Assembly (NCBI GenBank): GCA_043228905.1
Contig: JBHGNT010000003.1
Location: 2,480,001 to 2,544,000, forward strand
DNA from: Azolla caroliniana
Taxonomy: Eukaryota; Plantae; Polypodiophyta
DNA length: 64,000 nt
Reading direction: 5' to 3'
A program made the translations under genes and the position numbers. Within the stretch, counting starts at the first letter, position 1. Each line of letters opens with the position of its first letter. Below, piece by piece: positions 27,348-41,433 of the stretch. The notes under the pieces were generated by a model that was not told the DNA's origin, searched no databases, and saw nothing but the letters and a program-made list of their open reading frames with translations.

Positions 27348-28814
27348 ATGGGTGAGAATATCAACAAGGAAATCTGCCTTACAATCCAACCCAAAAGGCA
27401 AGAATCTCAATCCAACTTCACTGCCCATGGCTATGGCTGGAGAGATGAAATGATAACAAAGATTAATAAGGCTACTGTCTCTGATACACCTACGTCCAAG
27501 CTGAAAAGCTCCGAGGAAAATTTGAAGATTTCGATTCCTCCCGATGCATTCTTGAAAGCTTACGAAAAATCATATTGCCCTGAAAAACTGACCATCGGAC
27601 CATTGTATGCAAATCTTGGGATCGATTCCCATTTCGATGATTGTAAGGCAGTATGTGTAAAGAAATTCATGGAAAGACATGGGAAATCAGATGTGGAAGA
27701 CCTCATAAAACACCTCATTCCTGACCCCCATGATCTGAACAACCATTATTCAAACCTCTCCCAAGATTGGATTGAGGCATTCCAACTTCTGGTCACTGTC
27801 GATACAATCTTTATTCATGAATACTTGCTCTTTTTTAGCAGTGCATGTTCAAAATCCCAAGGACCTAAGGAACGCTACTATTTACCCACTTTCACAACCA
27901 ACAAAATTAAGTGTAACCAGGAACCTATTGGAAGTACAGACTACTTACACAATTTCTTCAACAATGACCGGACATACAGCCAAGTATGGAGGGACTTGTT
28001 CTTGATGGGCAACCAAATTCCCATGTTCTATCTAAAGAAACTGATTGCAGAGTTCCCAAGCAAACCCAATGTCAATAACGGAGGACTCGGGAAAGCATTG
28101 GTTGATATAGTTATGACAAACAGTCCATTCTCCATGGGCCGGCCAAAGAAGGATCAAATCCCTGGAATTCATCTACTTGATTGCCAATATGGTTTGTTCA
28201 CACAAGTAACTCCGAAACCACAAGAGACTTGGTGGACAAATCAAGGGGCTGGCACGCTAACATCTAATCATCGCGATCGCTTGCCAACAGCGTCTCAACT
28301 CTCGAAAGTTGGCATCCGAGTCAAGGCATGTGAAGGTAACGTATCGGTGATCAAGTACCATCCGACAAAATTTCAGCTTGATCTTCCACGGATTGTCGTG
28401 CACAATGGCACAGAGGATGTGCTGAGGAACCTCCTTGCTTATGAACAAACCTCCAAAGCTGGAGGCGAGTTTACTATGTATGCCGTCATCATGGACTCGC
28501 TCATTGACACACCCGAGGATCTAGCAATCTTGACCAAGGCACGGGTGATAGACAACCACCTCGGGGACGATAAGAGCTTGGTCAAGATGTGGAACAAGTT
28601 GTGCACCAACGTCGTGATTCGATCGTGCGAAAGCTGGGACGATATGAAATACAATGTAATGCTGCATTATCATAGCCCCTGGCGTTCCATGTACGTGGAA
28701 TTTCGTGAAAAGTATTTATCTCGGCCATGGCTGACTGCATCGGTCATTGCCGCGATGTTACTCCTCGTCTTTACATTATTGCAGACAGTTTACACGATCT
28801 TAGGCTATTACTAG
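27348..28814 (+). CDS. DUF247/UPF0481 family protein, intact, 488 aa, C-terminal TM helix
   Basis: TIGPLY, DLFLMGNQIP, LPTASQLSKVGI, RNLLAYEQ, MDSLIDTPEDLAIL, YLSRPWL followed by a hydrophobic tail. Confidence 0.92.
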   Translation: MGENINKEICLTIQPKRQESQSNFTAHGYGWRDEMITKINKATVSDTPTSKLKSSEENLKISIPPDAFLKAYEKSYCPEKLTIGPLYANLGIDSHFDDCKAVCVKKFMERHGKSDVEDLIKHLIPDPHDLNNHYSNLSQDWIEAFQLLVTVDTIFIHEYLLFFSSACSKSQGPKERYYLPTFTTNKIKCNQEPIGSTDYLHNFFNNDRTYSQVWRDLFLMGNQIPMFYLKKLIAEFPSKPNVNNGGLGKALVDIVMTNSPFSMGRPKKDQIPGIHLLDCQYGLFTQVTPKPQETWWTNQGAGTLTSNHRDRLPTASQLSKVGIRVKACEGNVSVIKYHPTKFQLDLPRIVVHNGTEDVLRNLLAYEQTSKAGGEFTMYAVIMDSLIDTPEDLAILTKARVIDNHLGDDKSLVKMWNKLCTNVVIRSCESWDDMKYNVMLHYHSPWRSMYVEFREKYLSRPWLTASVIAAMLLLVFTLLQTVYTILGYY

Positions 28815-30780
28815 TGCAAGCTCTTATGAATCCTAGAGCACATTAGGAAGCTCAAACACTATCAATAGTTGAGCTTTCTTTTGTTGGTTCATTTTTGAGA
28901 TCTCAGTTGACTTGAGCACTTTATTTATGTCTATTTGATCGATAATTATCCATATGAGCTTTTATCATTGTGGAGGATTGTCGAAAGCATTTACTTGGTT
29001 AGAAATAAGAACATGGTGAGACATGGTATTGTATTTACAATTACTTGATCTGTGTTTAATGTATTATTGAATAATTATTTGTTGCAATGATTGGATATGG
29101 ATTTGAGCTTTAATTAACTGTGTTGTTCATACCCGATGAAGTATACCTTGTATCAATCTCATTACTTAATCAATAATGGTAGGCTACCATGAGAGCGCCC
29201 AATCATAGCCATACAATGCGTAGTAACCAAAATCTATGAGCTTAATAAACTTATTTTGTGAGACATCTCATGGGTGTAATCAACTCTATGATCCAATAGA
29301 TACAAAGTCAACTCCTTATTGTAAAGTTTTGTGCATGTGCAACGAGGTTGCTCAACACATGCTTCGTCCCATTCTTTAATTTAATATATTATAGTCTAGA
29401 TTCTAATCTCATTTAGGCGAGCTTGATGCTGATATTAGAGATAAAGTTTTTGCTTGTTTAGTGATGGGCTAATCTTTTGGAGCAAAATTGTTTGTTGTTT
29501 AGTGTGTCGCTCTTTGTTAATCAATTTGATAGTGAATACAGCAGTGATCACGAAACATTTGAAAAACACAAATACTCATCACATAATTTGCTCAACATAT
29601 ATGAAATTGGATTAAAATTGGGTTTCAAATTAACATGAACAATTTGACAAAATAGGGGAGGATTTGACTAAGAGTCATCACGATTATCGGAGAATAGAGA
29701 CCATAGAAATTCTTCTAATTGCATTAACAATAATAATCATGTGTGAAAAAATTCATGGAATAGTTAAAGCAATTCCACTAATTCTACATGCCATGGCTTG
29801 GGAACATAAAAGTAAAATGGGAGGCTTGGGAACAACTAATGACAACTTGGGTATATGAAAAGCATAACAAGTTATTTATTATTTGAAGTTAATCAAATAA
29901 ATTCTGAGCTTCAAATTCAGTTAATTTCAATCATTGGTTATCTTTTGCACGTGGAAATTCTTGTCTTCTTTCCGAAGATAGGCAAGCATCTTTAGCTAGT
30001 TTTGGTGGGATCCATGAAGACAGAGTCTGAAAATTTTCTATATTTTTAGCATCTTCTTTTCTATAACTGGTCTTCCTTCTCAACACTACGATATATTTTG
30101 TCGTCACATTTTCATTATGACATTGTGATGACGATGAAAAAGCATGACATTGTGACAAGTTCCAACCTTTAAAAAGGTTATATGTTAGAACTACAGTGTC
30201 AAAAGTGTTATTTTTTATCCTTTAATTCACACCCAAAAGAGAAGAGCTACGTAGGAAATTAGTTTAAAAAGAAAATTATATTTGCGCAATAGGAAACAGA
30301 TGAGGCCAATCCAAAAAGGCCTAATTTGTTTGCATGAGACAGTGAAACAATAAATTTACATGTATGAGTAGTGAAGGATACAAAAGAAGAGGGCCAATGT
30401 AAAGGAATCTCAAGAGAGAAGCGTGGGACATGTCTCTTGAGCCATGTCTTGGGTCATGCCATATATCTAGATTGATGGGTGGGTGGACGATAATTTTGAG
30501 AAACACATTGCAATGTTGTGAGGACACTATTTGTGCATAGACACATATACCGAATGGCTCTTCATATTGAATATTTTGTAAATTCTTATGCTTATTAGTT
30601 TATGTGAATATGCCAGTGACATATTGAAACAAGTAATTTCTCCCCTTATGCTAAAAGCTCTCTAGCACTTGTATCCGATTGTTTTTTATGTATTTTCATT
30701 ACAAAATAGAATTTTTTCTATTGAGCAGATGGCTAGCATTTGCCTATTCCTCAAAAATTCAACAAGGTCACGAGATGTAA

Positions 30781-33700
30781 TGTTAGAGACATAGACTGAT
30801 ATAAACATTAGATAAGGATAGAATATAGATAGATAGATAGAAAGGTGAGAGAGAAAGAAGGGTGTCGATCCACCCGACCACCCCCGAGCGAAGGGATCGA
30901 GACGGACTCGAGCCTCGATCGGCGCCCCATACCACCGTCGTGGCGTCGAGTCATACCTGGAGCTGGCACACTCACTACAAGAGTTGACCCACCACAAGAC
31001 AGAGTCTCGACGTAGTCAACAAGATGATGAAATGAGGGTTGCTAGGCCTCTTATTTATAGCAATACCCAAGGCCCCCAACCATGTTCACACTTGGGCCTA
31101 ATGGGTTGTCTCAATCCCGAGGATTAAAAGTAATCCTCCCATTCTTTACACTCTCGTTTAACCCTCACACTTATCCACGTGTATAGAATACTACAGTAAA
31201 TTTTGACCACGGGATATTATATGGTCATGCCCGTAACATACTCCCCCTCTTTAAAACATTGCACTCTTGCAATGGAAAGGTAGGGAAGTTAGTTCTTAGA
31301 GTATTTTCGCGTTCCCATGTGGCATCTTTTATTGATTTATCCATCCATTTTATTTTAAATTCTCGGATTTCTTTAGTACGTAATTTTTTTGTTTTAACAT
31401 CGAGAATTCTCTCTGGTACATGTGGTTTAGAAGATAATTCTTCAGAAGTAACCAGAGTTTCAGTTGTAACTGTATTGTCACCAAAACCTAGAAGTTATTT
31501 TAGACGACTCACATAATAAACTGGATGAATTTCAACATCATCGGGAAGAGGGAGACGATAGGCTGATGACCCAATCTGTTTGAGGATTGGAAAAGGTTCA
31601 CAAAACCGTGGGGCTAACTTAGCGCACTTACCCTTAGACAATGTCTTAGAATTGTGAGGTACACGTAAAAATACCTTCTGTCCAGGGTTGAATACACGAG
31701 GTTGCCTATGATGATCGGCATAAACACACGCTCTATCTTGAGCTGTTTTTATATTATCTCGTGCAATATGCAACATATCTTGCATATCCCGAAGAAAGTT
31801 TTGCGTACTTCCCAACTCATCATGATGTATATTAACATCAATTGGGGCTCGTGGCTGTAAACCATACATGAACATAAAAGGACTATATCCTGTTGACGTA
31901 TGCTTGGAGCTGTTATAAGCAAACTCCAAAATTGGGAGATAATGTTCCCATTTTGTTGGTTTTGCACAAATGTATGCTCGAAGCATGTCCTCAATAATTT
32001 GATTTACTCATTCTGTTTGTCCATTGGATTGAGGATGATCCATGGAACTCATGCTCAACGTCGTTTCTAACTTCTTAAAGACTTGCGTCCAGAAGTCACG
32101 AGTAAACTTTGGATCTCGATGACTCACGATATCTATTGGTAACCCATAAAAACGAAATAACTAATCAACGAATTGATAAGCCAATTCAGGAGCTGTTACC
32201 GTGGTTTTAGTAGCAATAAATCTGGCCATTTTAGTTAGTCTATCAACCACAACCCAGATGGCATCATGGCCTTTTTGGGTGCGAGGAAGGCTAACAATAA
32301 AATCCATGGATATACTTTCCCACTTATTATTGGGAATTTCCAAGGGATGTAAATGTCCTGCGGCTTTAAGTCGCTCGACTTGTTAACTTGACATTGGTGA
32401 CATTTAGTCACATAGCTATGTATGTCAGGACGCATCTTAGGCCAATAGAATTAAGTGGAGATGAGAACGAGTGTGTGATGTATTCCAGGGTGCCTTGCTA
32501 AGGGTGCATCATGACATTCAAAAAGAATTCTCTTTTTGACCTCAGGCAAATTTGGAACACAAACCTTCCCATTACGGTAGAGCAGACCGTTAGCAATGTG
32601 GAAGTATTCCTTCGAGGATGTGGTGGTGTCTGTTCCAGACTCAACTCTTGCCCAGTATTTTGCAAAATAACTGTCATCAGGATTCTTTCCTCGAAGGTGA
32701 TCATAAAGATCTGATGATATTTTAGTGAAGCTAAGCATGTTAACTTCACGGATGCGACTTAGTGCATCAACGACAGTATCCATGGAACCTTTACGATATC
32801 GTATGGAAAAATCAAAGTCTTGGATGAGATAAGCCCATCGTGCCTTATGACCTTTCAGGTCTTGTTGGTCAAAAAAATATTTCAAGGATTCGTGATCCGT
32901 AGTTACCACAAAAGCGATTTCCATAAAGATAATGGTGCCATGTTTGAGCGCATGTATAACTGCAAATAATTCCTTTTCTTGAACGGTATACCGACATTGA
33001 GCAGAATCAAGTTTCGTACTCTCGAATGCTATTGGTTTACCATCTTGATATAAGACAACACCTATAGCATAATCGCTTGCATCGGTTTCAACCTCAAAAG
33101 GTTTTGATGGATCAGGTAAAAGAAGTGAAGGAGCCTTGCACACCAGGTCCTTGAGTTCCTTAAAGGCGAGGTCTAGTGTAGCATTCTAGACAATCGGTTT
33201 TGTAGACATACGCGTTAGACCTTTTAGAAGATCAGTAAACGGTGTCATCAATTAGGAGTAATTATGAAGGGATTTTCTCCAAAACCCGACAAAACCAAGG
33301 AATGATCGAACTTCTCGAATATTCCGAAGAGTGGGCCAAAGCTTGATTTTCTCGATGCGAGAAGGATCAATTTCAACTCCTCGTTCGGTTATGAGATGTC
33401 CAAGATAAGTAATTGATTTCTTGAAGAGCTCACATTTTGAGATCCTCGCGTAAAATGGTTTGTCACGCAATGTTTGTAAAACAAAGCCGACATGTTTAGC
33501 ATGTTCTTGTAATGTACGACTATAAACTAAAATATCATCCGAGAAAATAACGACAAATTTTCCAAGTTGTTCTTGGAAAATGTCATTCATTTCTTGTTGA
33601 AATGTAGCCGGAACATTGGTCAAACCAAAAGGCATAACCAAAAAATCATAATGGCCATAGCGCGTACGAAATGCCGTTTTTGGAACATCGTCCTCACTTA

Positions 33701-36700
33701 TACGAATTTGATGGTAGCCAGTACGGAGATCAAGTTAAGTAAAATACCAAGCTCCCTGGAGACGGTCAATTAGATCGTCAGCCCAGGGCAATGGATACGA
33801 ATTCTTGATTGTCACTTTATTCAAGCGTCGGTAATTAATACACATACGCCATGTGCCCTCTTTCTTTTTAACCAAGAGAACTGGTGCCCCCCATGGATAT
33901 TTGCTATAACGTATATAACCCATTCGTAAATAGTCCTTGACTAGGAGTTCGCATTGACGAAGATCCACACAGCCGAGAACGGGTCAGATATGCTGACCAA
34001 AGTGCTGACACCCGACAAGCTGGACGCATGGCGGAAGAGGATCGAACTGGTAAGACACCCCATGCCGGAGTGAAGGGGGAGTTTGTTGGGAGATAGGTCC
34101 CTCCGGATGGGAAGGGAGAAGAACAGTGCCGATGAAAAAACTTGGCCGAGGCCGAAACCGTATGAGGTGGACCCGGCTACGGAGAGCCGGATGATACAAA
34201 CCCGGTGAAGACCGGATGAGGAGTACCTGGCTACGGAGAGCTGGATGATACAGACCCGGTGAAGACAGGATGAGGAGTACCCGGTTACGGAGAACCGGAT
34301 GGTACAGACCCGGTGAGAACCGGATGAAGAGACATATTCGTAAATATGTTTCTGAGAGTCCATCGAGGCTATATTTGTAAATAGCCGAAAAGTCATATTA
34401 GTATAAATATGACTTAGGGCAAACTTTTATATAGTTGTTGTCATTCTTGTTGGAAAAGAATAGAGAGAGTGCGTAACTGTGTACAGAGAGAGAGAGAGAG
34501 AGAGAAAGAGGTCGTTGCCTTTGTTGTAACCGCCGCCTGTGGCGAAGATCTGTGAGCACGAGGTCGTTGCCTCAGTGAACTCACTGTTGTACATTCTTAC
34601 ATAGTGACAGTTTGTAGCCTATGGGCTGCCGTGGTTTTTCCCCTAGTTTGGGGTTTTCCACATAAACCTCCTGTGTACCTTTCCTCTTCTTTGTGTCGCG
34701 TTTTATTTCCCGTTTTCTGTGTATCATTCTAAGCTCGGTTGTGGCCGAGCGTTGCGCATAAGGAGCGTTGAGCTCCCGTGAAGTGGTATCAAAGCGAAAT
34801 CGACACAGAAAATGGACGAATCGTTTGGCGGCATGTTCAAGCTCACCGGCTCCAACTATTCAGTGTGGAAGTCGAAGATGAGGGACATGCTCGTGGTTAA
34901 AGATCTTTGGCTACCGGTTCAGTTCGGGGACAAGAGACCGGACCAGATCGACGCCACAATATGGGAGGTGATGCACATGAAGACAACGGCGTACATACGG
35001 TGCTTCATCGACATGAGCCTATACAACAACTTCAATGAAGAGAGCAAGGCTCATGAGCTCTGGGAGAAGTCGGGGACACGGTCAAAGTCAAGGGGGAGGC
35101 CTACTTGCTTCTATTGCGGCAAGCCGGGACACTTCCAAAAGAACTGTCGGCATTTCCGAAAAGATAAGGAGACCGACGGTACCGATCTGAAGCGGACCCC
35201 AGACCGGAACGGTAAAGACCGGAGGGGGCCGAACCGGAAGGGAACGACGGCAATCGCGGCAAGTGAAGAAGAGTTGATGCTCATCACCGAGGAGAGTGAG
35301 ATAAAACTTGCCGGCGACGAGGCGACCTGGGTGGTAGACTCCGGAGCGTTGTTCCACCTTACCCCGGACCAAAAATGCTTCTCATCCTACTCAGCCAGCA
35401 AGAGACCGGTTAGCACTCGAGGAACCAGCCGGTTACGGTGAGGATACCGAACCGGTAGAAGAAGAGGTAGAGGAAGCTGAGACCGGAACCGGCCAAGACC
35501 CTGAATCGGATTCGGATGAAGAACAAATGGAGGAGCCGGTTACAGAAGCCCGAAGACAGAGATATCCTCTCAGAGAGAGAAGGGCCCCCCGGAGATTTCC
35601 GGATGCAGAGCATGTTCTGCTGACCGATGAGGGGCAGCCGGAAAGCTTCGAAAAAGTGAAGGAAGACACCCACAACCGAAAATGGTTAAGTGCCATGCAG
35701 GACGAGATGGATTCCCTGCATGAGAACCATACATACGAATTGATGGATTTGCCGAAAGGAAAGCGGGCACTCCGAAACAAGTGGGTGTACAAGTTCAAAC
35801 TGGGAGATGCCGGCAACCCCTCGAGATACAAAGCTAGGATCGTGGTGAAGGGGTTCCAGCAGAAGAAGGGCATGGACTTCAACGAGATATTTGCCCCGGT
35901 AGTAAAGATGACCTCCATCCGGACGGTGCTGAGTATAGCGGCAAGCATGGACCTTGAGGTAGAGCAGCTGGACGTGAAAACGGCATTCCTTCATGGCAAC
36001 CTCGAAGAGGAGATCTACATGCAGCAACCGGAGGGATTTGTGGAGAAAGGGAAGGAGCACCTGGTATGCCGGTTGAAGAAGAGCCTCTACGGGTTGAAGC
36101 AGGCCCCCCGTCAATGGTACCGGAAGTTCGATTCCTTCATGACCGATCAAGGGTACCACAAGACACAGGCCGATCACTGCGTGTTTGTGAAGAAGTTTGA
36201 AGGAGGCGATTTCCTGATACTCCTTCTGTACGTGGATGACATGTTGATCGTCGGATAGGACCAAGTCAAAATACAGATGCTGAAGAAGGCTCTCAACCGG
36301 ACCTTCTCAATGAAAGACTTGGGTCCGGCAAGGCAGATGCTGGGGATGCACATCATCTGGAACCGGTCAGCGAAGCAATTATGGCTGTCACAAGAGAAGT
36401 ACGTGACAAAGGTGCTTCACCGGTTCAACATGTCAGATGCGAAACCGGTCGGATCGACACTTCCGGCTAACTGCAAGCTATTCGGTAGGCAAAGCCCGAA
36501 GACGAAAGCAGAGAAGACGGATATGATGAAGATTCCATATCCCTCTGCCATCGGGAGCTTGATGTACGCAATGGTGTATACCCGACCGGATATAGGATAC
36601 GCAGTCGGAGTGGTGAGCCGGTTCATGAGTAATCTCGGCAAGGAGCACTGGAACGCGGTCAAATGGATACTTCGGTATTTGAAGGGCACTTCAAATATGT

Positions 36701-39700
36701 GTCTCCGATTCGGCTCAGGAAAACCTCAACTGGACGATTTCACCGATTCGGACATGTCGGCTGATGTGGATACCAGTCGGTCTACATCCGGGTATGTAAT
36801 GACATATGCAGGGGGAGCTGTTTCGTGGCAGTCGAGGCTTCAGAAGACGGTTGCATTGTCAACCACGGAGGCGGAGTACATGGCGGCTCTGGAAGCCGGC
36901 AAGGAAATATTATGGATGAAGGACTTCATCGGAGAGCTCGGTATCCGGCAAGAGGAATACCGACTCTATTGCGACAGTCAAAGTGCCATCCACCTTGCTA
37001 AGAATGTGGCCTACCATTCCCGGACGAAGCATATCCAGCAGAGGTATCACTGGATCCAGGAAAGAGTAGACGACCAGGAGTTTGCATTGACGAAGATCCA
37101 CACAGCCGAGAACGGGTCAGATATGCTGACCAAAGTGCTGACACCCGACAAGCTGGACGCATGCCAGAAGAGGATCGGACTGGTAAGACACCCCATGCCG
37201 GAGTGAAGGGGGAGTTTGTTGGGAGACGGGTCCCTCCGGATGGGAAGGGAGAAGAACAGTGTTGATGAACAAACTCGGCCGAGGCCAAAACCGTATGAGG
37301 TGGACCCGGCTACGGAGAGCCGGATGATACAGACCCGGTGAAGACCGGATGAGGAGTACCCGGTTACGGAGAACCGGATTCTAAGCTTGGTTGTGGCCGA
37401 GCGTTGCGCATAAGGAGCGTTGAGCTCCCGTCAGATAACCCAATATTACATCAATGGTACAAAGATTCATTACATGGAAGTCTACTTCCTCTATATAAGT
37501 ATCAATAGAAATTCCTAATGAATGAATCGCCCCATTGATGTATTGTACTCTTCCATCAGCCAAGTGCACCGTATACGTGTGATCACTTACGGCTGGTTGG
37601 ATTCCCCATATCTGAACCAAACGATCATTCACAAAGTTGTGTGAGCTTCCTAAATCAAACAAAAATTGTACGGGAGATCCATTGATATACCGGTTTGCAC
37701 ATTGTAAATCATTGGGACCCAATACATAGTGAGGGAAAGAACATTGACAATTACTTAAATGATGTGTATAGACCTGAAGGACATTAGGAATCTGACCTTT
37801 ATGGTCTGCAGCTTTAGCTTTGCTGTCGTGCTCTTTCCGTTGGAGCTTTCAACATTGTTCTTTTGTATGACCCTTCTTTTTGCAGAATATGCAAAAAGGA
37901 TGTTGTCGCTTACAATCGCGATCCATGAATTCGTTGGGTGTCTTGTGTTTCCCAGCGAATTGTGACCGCTTAGTCCTGGGTGCTTCGTTGGGTTTGTTGT
38001 GGTCCTTCGAAGTGCGTTGATAACGAAGAACTATTTCAACAGCCTCTTCGAAGGATTTTGGATCCTTATCGTGCACTATCCAGTGATTATCCGAATTATG
38101 GATGCCATTGACAAAACAAGCAATTAACCAATTGTCCCCTTCTAGACCCGATTTTTGGATTTGGGTTCTACCATGGTGGACATAGTCGTCTAGGGAGGAA
38201 AACTTCCTGCTAGAGAGGTTCATTAAAGCTTGAGCTGCCTTGGTTCGAGAGGGAGGTTGCAGAAATTGGCCCTTAAAAACTGTGACAAAATCTGTCTAGG
38301 TATCGGGCAATTTCCCCAAAGTAGGGAGCCCACGCCACCAGGTGGCGGCCTTACCCCCTAGTTCTCGGCTGACATATGCAATCTTCGTACTATCTGGCGT
38401 GGGATAGAGCTCAAAATGAGACTCCCATCGGCCCAACCACGTGCACATTGCTTCTTTGGTTCTTTCCTTTTTTTCTCCCGAAAATGGCTTAACAACAAAT
38501 AATGGTTCACCCTGTCGCTCATCAGGTCTATTAGTCTCACGTTGTAAACTAATGACACGTTCCTCGAGAGCACTTTGAGATTGCCGACGTTCGGTCATCT
38601 GTTGAGCGGTGAAACTAAGGTATTGGGTTATTTGTGAAAAATACATCTCAATGGACATTTGTCTAGGAGGATTCCCTTGAGTTCCTTCTGCTTGAGCGGA
38701 TGACATCGGGTCGTTATTTGGAGCCGGTAAATGATTATTTCTGGAAAAGAAATAGGATAAGGTTAGAGAGATAGTCATAACATCATGTCGTGATGTAAAC
38801 ATATCATGGGCGAACATTAATCGATATCATGATATCACGTCAATACCCCTCTAGACGTATGAGATGAGGTTCAAGATCAGGTTACTATGGTAACACAAAG
38901 GTGTTTTAAAAACCATGGGGGTGACAAATAAATGTCTTTCCCTGCTCTCTATATCGATTTTTTCATGGCAGCTCCCCGAAGTTCAATAATGTATGTTCAC
39001 GACATGAATAGTTTATACACGAAAAAAATGTTAACAATAAACTATGTTTTGCTGCCCACATATGGGGTTTCGGCTCTTTAAGTCCTATTACGGGGAACCC
39101 GAAGTGCACTTAGACCTTAAGTCTAAACATGTGTTATAGTCATATGTATCAACAATGTTGTATGGTCTTGGTCATATTTAAACTCGAGACCTCGAGAACA
39201 AATGCATTAAACACATGAGCTACCCACTTAGGTTGCACTTCTTGAATGTTTAATGTTTCATGTGTATGAGATATATGTGAGGCATCTGCCCATATATGTT
39301 TTTTTGAAAGAAACATATATGTCAAGAGTCCTTATTTCGCCCTCATTTACTACAACTATGTTGGTACGTTACCTAACCTCAAGTCTCATAATTACGATGG
39401 CATACGCCAAAGTGCAACCTAATGGTCAAGCCAAATGAGCCCTCTTTTCATAGTAGGCCCACGTGGCCCATCACATGGTCAGGTCATTACGAATGCCTCT
39501 CGTAAGAATGATCTCATGGTTGCATCGTATCCATGTAATGAAGGAGGGATGTTGGATATGTGTGTCATAGGAGCGACCTCACATGAAGTGGGTCAAGTCC
39601 TACGTAGTCAACATCATTATGGCTATGGGCATTTCTTTACGTAACGAAATATCGAACTCACCAACGGGGATTTCCACAATAAAAAATTGTAGAAAAAAGG

Positions 39701-40870
39701 AATGGTGACAACGCTATTCTCACAAAAATGTGAGAACGGCCACCAAGATCCTTTCCCCGAAAAAGAAAATGTTCGATTTAAAATCATGTAATAACTTATA
39801 TACACATATGTATATTATCACATATATACGATCAACTACGTATACATGTGACCACATATGCCTATATTAAACAAATCTTTATATTTAATAGCCAAAAATG
39901 ACGTAATCGAGGCATAAACCTCTACGCACACGAGACATCCAAAAATAAGGGTTAATCGTAATACGCAATTGAGGTATTGACCTCTTACGCATACGAGACC
40001 AAACACATATCATTTACAACGAATCGAGGTATTCATCTCATACGCAAACGTAACATATGTTTGTGAACGTAATACGCAATTGAGGTATTACCCTCGTGCG
40101 CATACGACACTCATCACATATTCAACATACATCAAATGAGGTATTGACCTCATACACATATGTAAACGTTTTATACAACCAATGAATTACCACTACAACA
40201 TCATTGAATTAATGAAAAAAAACTACATATTAACCATACACATGATTAGATGGGAGAAGAAAAAATAGACAAAGTAAAAACAAGAAAGATTACCAAAGTT
40301 CCTTTGTTGATTCCTTGTCTGCATGAAGGCTAACCGCAGGTAGATCGATCACCATCACTCAAGAACACAAAAGACAACAAAAGAAACATTAGAAAATGAG
40401 CTCTGATACCAACTGTTAGAGACATAGACTAATGTAACCATTAGATAAAGATAGAATATAGATAGATAGATAGAAAGGAGAGTGAGAAAGAAGGGTGTCG
40501 ATCCACCCGACCACCCCCGAGCGAAGGGATCGAGACGGACTCGAGCCTCGATCGACGTCCCATACCACCGTCGTGGTGTCGAGTCATACCTAGTGCTGGC
40601 GCGCTCACTACAAGAGTTGACCCACCACAAGACAGAGTCTCGACGTAGTCAACAAGATGATGAAATGAGGGTAGCTAGGCCTCTTATTTATAGCGATACC
40701 CAAGGCCCCCAACCATGTTCACACTTGGCCTAATGGGTTGTCTCAATCCCGAGGATTAAAAGTAATCCTCCCCTTCTTTACACTCTCGTTTAACCCTCAC
40801 ACTTATCCATGTGTATAGAATACTATGGTAAATTCTGACCACGGGATATTATATGGTCATGCCTGTAACA
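30781..40870 (-). mobile_element. Ty3/gypsy chromovirus with paired LTRs, decayed, carrying a nested copia
   Basis: LTRs 30781-31238 and 40414-40870; TSD TGTAA at 30776-30780 and 40871-40875; PBS-Met ~40399-40411; PPT ~31239-31253; gag 38817-37849, protease 37722-37434, RT 33968-33252, RNase H 33143-32451, integrase ~32435-31495, chromodomain (PERILD...KW...DATWE) ~31280-31420. Confidence 0.95.
33945..37433 (+). mobile_element. Nested Ty1/copia element with internal deletions, preceded by an extra RNaseH-end plus PPT copy
   Basis: LTR 34084-~34781 (54-bp internal repeats); PBS TGGTATCAAAGC at 34784; gag/protease 34812..35441; RT 35527..36258 (YVDDM); RT/RNase H 36277..37206; PPT; deleted 3' LTR 37217-37433; 33945-34083 duplicates ~37077-37216. 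Confidence 0.92.
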
Positions 40871-41433
40871 TGTAAGGAAAGAGTTGATCTTTTGTGCTTA
40901 AGACCTTGATGATTGTCAATTGAGAAAAAAGGTTGAATACAAATGTGCTTCTGGTTGAATAAGTATATAGTTTAGATTTTGAGTAATGTTGGAGACATTA
41001 AGACTTCCATTTTCAGCATTGTGTAATTTTAGGTTGAGCCCATCATTTTAGGTTAAGCTCTTGAATAAAATTTGGCTAAGCATTGTGTAATTTTGTAAAA
41101 TGCATTGTATGCCTACATGTGGGTGATCAATGCGTACATGATTGTCTAATGAGACTCATACAAACCGTACTTCATTTTAATGAGATGATTGCTTGTTTAA
41201 CGAGATACTTGATAATTCAGTAATCACCAATTTATTACAATCTGGGATTACAACTACCATGTTTGACCATGTTTTTTGTGTCCATAGACACTTATTCCTT
41301 CTCACTTAAATTTAACTTGTACCAGAACTTCTACATCTTGCAAGAGTCACAAGCTCCAAATGCAAAAATAACATAACTAAAGTAGAATGAGATCCCCAAT
41401 CAATGAGAAATAACAGAAAGAACAAAGCTACTT

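Noticed and set aside
30686-30997. Conserved small ORFs (also 40355..40733)
   Set aside because: Conservation simply reflects the paired LTRs
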